Assembly (NCBI RefSeq): GCF_000281045.1
Contig: NW_008246081.1
Location: 480,791 to 544,790 of the forward strand
DNA length: 64,000 nucleotides
Reading direction: 5' to 3'
Source: Saprolegnia diclina VS20
Taxonomy: Eukaryota
Made by a program: the position numbers and the translations under genes. Shown piece after piece: positions 59,758-64,000 of the stretch. The notes under the pieces are model-generated. The model ran no database searches, was not told the origin of the DNA, and saw only the letters and a program-made list of their open reading frames with translations. Position 1 is the stretch's first letter, and each line of letters begins with the position of its first letter.

Positions 59758-60785
59758 ATGTCGATCGTCGGGACATGCCTGGGCTACTGCCCGCTGCATG
59801 AGGCCAAGGAGCGCCGGAAGATGCAAGATCTCTCGTAAGTAGACTATCCTCTACATGCACATGCTAACTACTACGCAGCAAATACGAGCGCCCACCGTAT
59901 GTGCCCGTAAAGAAGTACCGCCGGTCGGCCGCGGGCGCCATCATCAAGCCCCACGACGTGCGCCCCGTGCATGTGCTCGTCGAGACGACTACGTACCTCT
60001 TGAGCTTGCTGCCGTCGCAGCTCACGCTGCCGCTCGACTTGTACCACTTCCTTGACGACCGCTTCCGCGCCGTGCGCAGCGACCTCACACTGCAAGGCGC
60101 CTTCGCCCTGGACGTCCTTCAGCCGATTGCGCGCTTCTACATCCTCGCCCAGTGCATCTTGCGCCTCGAGACGCGGTCAGGGCCTGTGCCCTATGCGTCA
60201 CTCCAGAAGCTCCTCGAGGATCAGCTCTCGTCGGTGTTGCTCCTTCTTCGCGAGTCGTCGGTCGAGTTCCGGCGCCTCCACCTCGTGCTGCACCAAGATG
60301 CGCGCGACTTTGCGTACGAGCTCCGCCACTGCGCGCAAGCCCCTAACGATGCCACGTGGCGATCGACCCTCGCGCTCGTCACGCCGGCGCCCTACTACAT
60401 CGCGGGACTCCATCCTCTGGAGACGGATTTACTGGCGCGCGCCTTGCGCTTTGGCAAGCTCGAGGCGGATCTGCACCAGCAAATGGTCATCTTGGCCAAG
60501 GCGTACACCAAGCAAGACCGATTTCCCGTGGCTGACCTGGCGCGCTTCCTCCGCTTGCACGAGGAGGCATGCGCTTTGGCGTTGCTGCGCGGCTACGGCG
60601 TGGCCGTGACGCCGGCGAGTTTAGATGGCGAGCCCGCTTTCTTTCGCTTCAACGAAGCGCCGCTGCCCGAGGCGATGACGAGTGATGCGTCGACGACGCT
60701 GCTCGTGAGCGAGTTTGCGTCACTCCAGAGCTTAGGCGGTGACACGTCGTTTCGTGATTTAGCGCTGCTCGGCCAGCCACTGTAA
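59758..60785 (+). CDS. SAC3/GANP/THP3-family protein (SAC3D1-like), one intron
   Basis: IVGTCLGYCPLHEAKER..LS|KYE..VKKYRRSAAG...DVRP..L..T..YLL...YHFLDDRFRAVRSDLTLQ. Confidence 0.88.
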
Positions 60786-60913
60786 CACACTGTGCAGTGT
60801 AGAAACCTAATCCTATTCAGCGAAAGCGAGGACAATCCTTATTGCACTATCGCAAGAGGCGGGTCTACCGGTTCGAATTTAGCGACTCCGAAACGTAGAT
60901 TTGTCGGTTGGTG

Positions 60914-63900
60914 ATGGCGCAGGTGCTGCCCACGACTGCTGTGGCGCCATCGACGCAGAGTCCGCTGCTTGTCGTCTTTGGCGTCGTGTACATCGTCTTC
61001 TCGTCGCTGCTCAGCCTCGTGTACGTGCACACACTCGCGGTCAGCACCGACAACGACCTGTGGTGGCCCCACTACAACGTCAGCGGCCACGAAGCCTTCC
61101 TCGCCGACGTCAGCAACATGCTGCTCGTGGCCCATGCGTATGCCAATGCGACGTTCCAAGTCAACTTGCTCTCGCTGCGGATGCACAAGACGTATATCGA
61201 TGCGGAGGCGACCACGTCTCTGTACCCAACGTACCCGCGGCAGCTCGCCTATCACGAACTCACCTCGCTCTCGTATGCGATTGCCAACCTCCGGACGCTG
61301 AGCGCCACCTGGGCGCTGCAGGTCCACACGCAGTGGTGCTATGTCGACTTTGAACAGCACTTTGCGGTTGCCCACACGGCGGCGCGTCAAGCCCGCTGCG
61401 AGGTCAAGTACGCGACGAACGCCGCCGTCTACATCGAGGCGACGCTTCGCAACCTCATCTGGACCGAATTTATTGGTGCGTGGGGCGGCCCTGGTAACGC
61501 ATTCACGGTGGCGCTCGAAGCCGGCCTCGCCGCTTCGTCGCGCGGCCAGCGCTGGCTCGAGGTCACATCAACCGCGCGCGCCAACACCAGCGTCGAGGAC
61601 GAGCTCACGTACTGGCAGTCGTTCGCCTTGACCTCCTTTACGCTCCAGTGGCAGAACTTTCGGCAAACTGGGGTCACCGAGTCGATGGCGATTTGCAACG
61701 CGATGGGTCTCCCGCATACGTTCACGATCAAGTCGCTCCACCACTGGCAAGGCCCGGGCACGTCCGTCAACCTCTTTTGGGGCGCCATCAACGACCTTTG
61801 GAGCCTCACGCTCTTGAACGCTAGCCTCCTCACGGGGTCGTCCAACGACTTTCGCTCGATGCGCATCAGCCTCGAGTTCCTCAACGGCAATATGGACGCT
61901 AACGGCGGCTTCTCTGCGCCAGCGGCGACGCTCCGCGCCCATTTGGGTCCGTTTGTCTCGATCGACGCCTTTCTACTTGGTGTGCCACCGAGTTTGCACG
62001 CGGCATACGTGGCGCTCGCAGGTGATGCCACGTCATCCTCTAGAATGGCGTTGCCGGTGCAACCCAAAGCGTGGGCGAATGCGACCTTTTACACGGGAAA
62101 TCCGCTCTGCGTCCAAGGACCGATCGCGACGACGTTTGCGCAGCGTCCGTTTTCGTTTGAGGACAGCTGTAGCTCGCCGCAGCCGTTGACAGTGCCCCTC
62201 ACTGCTCACGGTGCGCAATTTGCGCGTGCCATGAGCTCGATACGACCCGACAACGTGTGCTTTATGCAGCCTCCCGAGTGCATGCGACTGCTTCAGGCCA
62301 CGCAGGACACCCCGATTGATGCGCTTCTGCGGCACGATGCAACAGCTGCAACCGCCGCCCTCAACATCAGCCTCGTACAAATCGCCACCAACACCAGTGG
62401 CCACTGGCAGCTGCTTCACCAAGCGATCCTGTCCGAGAGCGACCCCTCGTCATGGCCGCCTTTCTATGGCTGGCTGCTCCTTCACGACTGGATCCTCGGC
62501 ATCCGCGAAGTCGTCTCGTTCGAGGGCGACGCGGCCTCGCTCGTGCTCATTTCAGCGCCGTACGAGCCAGTGCTGTACGCAACAAGCCGCGGCAGCATGG
62601 AAGGGGCGACGATGCACATTTGGCACCTCTTGGCGGCGCTGAACGTTCTCTACGTACTCGTCGCCGCAGCAGTGCTTGTCTACATGATGTGCAGTCCCTT
62701 TACGGGCGCCAATGCCTTCTTCTTCAACCGCATCATTGGCTCGGTATGGATCGGACGACCGTTTAGCTTTCTCCGCGGGCTCAGTGCGATTGCGCTCCTA
62801 AGCACCGCTCCATTGAGCCTTGTCCAGACAAGCCCGGGGGTGACCGGCCTTGTCGCGACTCCACGCAGCTGGGTGGAGGCGGCGCTCCTCTCGGGTGAAG
62901 CGACGTGGACTACGTACGTGCTCCAAGACGTCTTGCTTCTACTACGGACCCCTCATTTGGCGCGGACCGAGCTGCCCCGCGCCAGTCTCGTTTCTTTTTT
63001 GCTGGTTTTGGCGCTCGAGCGCGCTTGGCCTCTGTCGCCGTCGTTGACGCTCGAGCGATCGTGCTACAGCGAGGACATGGACGCGTACGTGCAATGTACC
63101 AGTGGCACCATTTACATTGGCAGTGCATCTCGCATCCTGCTCTACCTCGCGGTGCCACTTGCTTCCCAGGTCCTCAGTGCCTGCGTCTGGAGATATAGCG
63201 CTCCCATCGGCTCGGACGCCACCGACTACGACGCTCACCTCTGCGGGCTCTCGCGCGCGCTCTTGCGACATCCGAGCGACAGCACAGATCGTGTCGCGCT
63301 GTGCATGTCGGGCATCCTCACATGGGGCTATCGCGGTCAGCGCTACACCTTTGACATCAAGACGTGGACTTTTCTTCTTGACAACGTCAAAGCGGGTCCA
63401 CCCGTCGACTTCTGCGCAAAATCAGGTCTCGCAGTCAGCACGGCGCACAGCGCTGCACCCGCGCGCATCTGTCGCGTCCTGGGCTTTGTCTATGTGGTGA
63501 GTGCCATCACGGCCAGTGTCTCGTACATGCGAGTGTCGGCCGTGAGCTTGGCCAACGATTTGTTTTGGCCTCACTTCAATAGCACGGGCACGCATGTCTT
63601 CTTGGCCACGTGGATCCAGCTGCAGCTGCTTCTCTACGCAAATCCCAACACGACCGCGCTCACGGCACCTCATGTGAACCTCCCAACCCCCTTCAATGCC
63701 ACCGGAGCAACAATCTCACCACCACTCAGCTACGCGACCAAGCTCCAGCACGGCGTCTTTGCCACTCGCCTCGAGGCCATCGTTGCCGGTCTCCGCGCCC
63801 TCGACGGCTGCGACGCCCCCTGGGTCTTTACCCCCTACTGCTACCTCGACGTCGATCGGCGCTGGGAAATGGCCAACTCGGCCACGCGCCAGGCTCGCTG

Positions 63901-64000
63901 CGGTGCCATGACCACAAATGGCGCCATCTACCTCGAGACGCTGGTGCGCAACGTCGACGCGGCGTCGTGGCGCGCCTGCTGGGGTGATGCGTTCGACGTG
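60914..64000 (+). CDS. Large Saprolegniales-type multi-pass membrane protein with an internal duplication (runs off the window; absent from the ORF track)
   Basis: Open frame from ATG 60914; unit NDLWWPHYN..QWCYVDF..AHTAARQARC..NAAVYIEATLRN recurs as NDLFWPHFN..PYCYLDV..ANSATRQARC..NGAIYLETLVRN; WREVVSFEGD-like and FFFNRIIGSVWIGRP motifs. Confidence 0.85.
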   Translation, partial: MAQVLPTTAVAPSTQSPLLVVFGVVYIVFSSLLSLVYVHTLAVSTDNDLWWPHYNVSGHEAFLADVSNMLLVAHAYANATFQVNLLSLRMHKTYIDAEATTSLYPTYPRQLAYHELTSLSYAIANLRTLSATWALQVHTQWCYVDFEQHFAVAHTAARQARCEVKYATNAAVYIEATLRNLIWTEFIGAWGGPGNAFTVALEAGLAASSRGQRWLEVTSTARANTSVEDELTYWQSFALTSFTLQWQNFRQTGVTESMAICNAMGLPHTFTIKSLHHWQGPGTSVNLFWGAINDLWSLTLLNASLLTGSSNDFRSMRISLEFLNGNMDANGGFSAPAATLRAHLGPFVSIDAFLLGVPPSLHAAYVALAGDATSSSRMALPVQPKAWANATFYTGNPLCVQGPIATTFAQRPFSFEDSCSSPQPLTVPLTAHGAQFARAMSSIRPDNVCFMQPPECMRLLQATQDTPIDALLRHDATAATAALNISLVQIATNTSGHWQLLHQAILSESDPSSWPPFYGWLLLHDWILGIREVVSFEGDAASLVLISAPYEPVLYATSRGSMEGATMHIWHLLAALNVLYVLVAAAVLVYMMCSPFTGANAFFFNRIIGSVWIGRPFSFLRGLSAIALLSTAPLSLVQTSPGVTGLVATPRSWVEAALLSGEATWTTYVLQDVLLLLRTPHLARTELPRASLVSFLLVLALERAWPLSPSLTLERSCYSEDMDAYVQCTSGTIYIGSASRILLYLAVPLASQVLSACVWRYSAPIGSDATDYDAHLCGLSRALLRHPSDSTDRVALCMSGILTWGYRGQRYTFDIKTWTFLLDNVKAGPPVDFCAKSGLAVSTAHSAAPARICRVLGFVYVVSAITASVSYMRVSAVSLANDLFWPHFNSTGTHVFLATWIQLQLLLYANPNTTALTAPHVNLPTPFNATGATISPPLSYATKLQHGVFATRLEAIVAGLRALDGCDAPWVFTPYCYLDVDRRWEMANSATRQARCGAMTTNGAIYLETLVRNVDAASWRACWGDAFDV

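Overview
Gene-dense eukaryotic DNA (GC-rich codons, many ~40-55 bp GT..AG introns, oomycete Inr/FPR core-promoter motifs, an elicitin-like gene and Saprolegniales-type membrane-protein families). It is most likely a saprolegnialean oomycete such as Saprolegnia; this is inferred from gene content. About 27 genes can be supported: two tandem GH18 chitinases, a PH-CLU-like-RCC1 protein, a tetraspanin, an RCC1-UBR-type zinc-finger protein, a multi-OB-fold protein, a multi-PH-ELMO protein, an ENTH protein, two TMEM198/DUF4203 paralogs, DCN1, an AGC kinase with degenerate cNMP domains, a C2H2 transcription factor, a PH-FYVE-PI4-kinase, a SAP-domain protein, a 2OG-Fe(II) oxygenase, RSPH9, PRP3, two histidine phosphatases, a DMT transporter, a WD40 protein, a SAC3/GANP protein and a large internally duplicated membrane protein. 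The most striking item is an apparently intact stand-alone Dicer N-terminal half (helicase + DUF283) with no RNase III, at 44303-46532. Also notable are two signal-peptide-less, C-terminally anchored histidine phosphatases carrying an HRE rather than HD motif. No rRNA, tRNA, CRISPR array or intact transposon was recognised. Exon boundaries were read by eye and domain calls come from motif recognition, not database searches.
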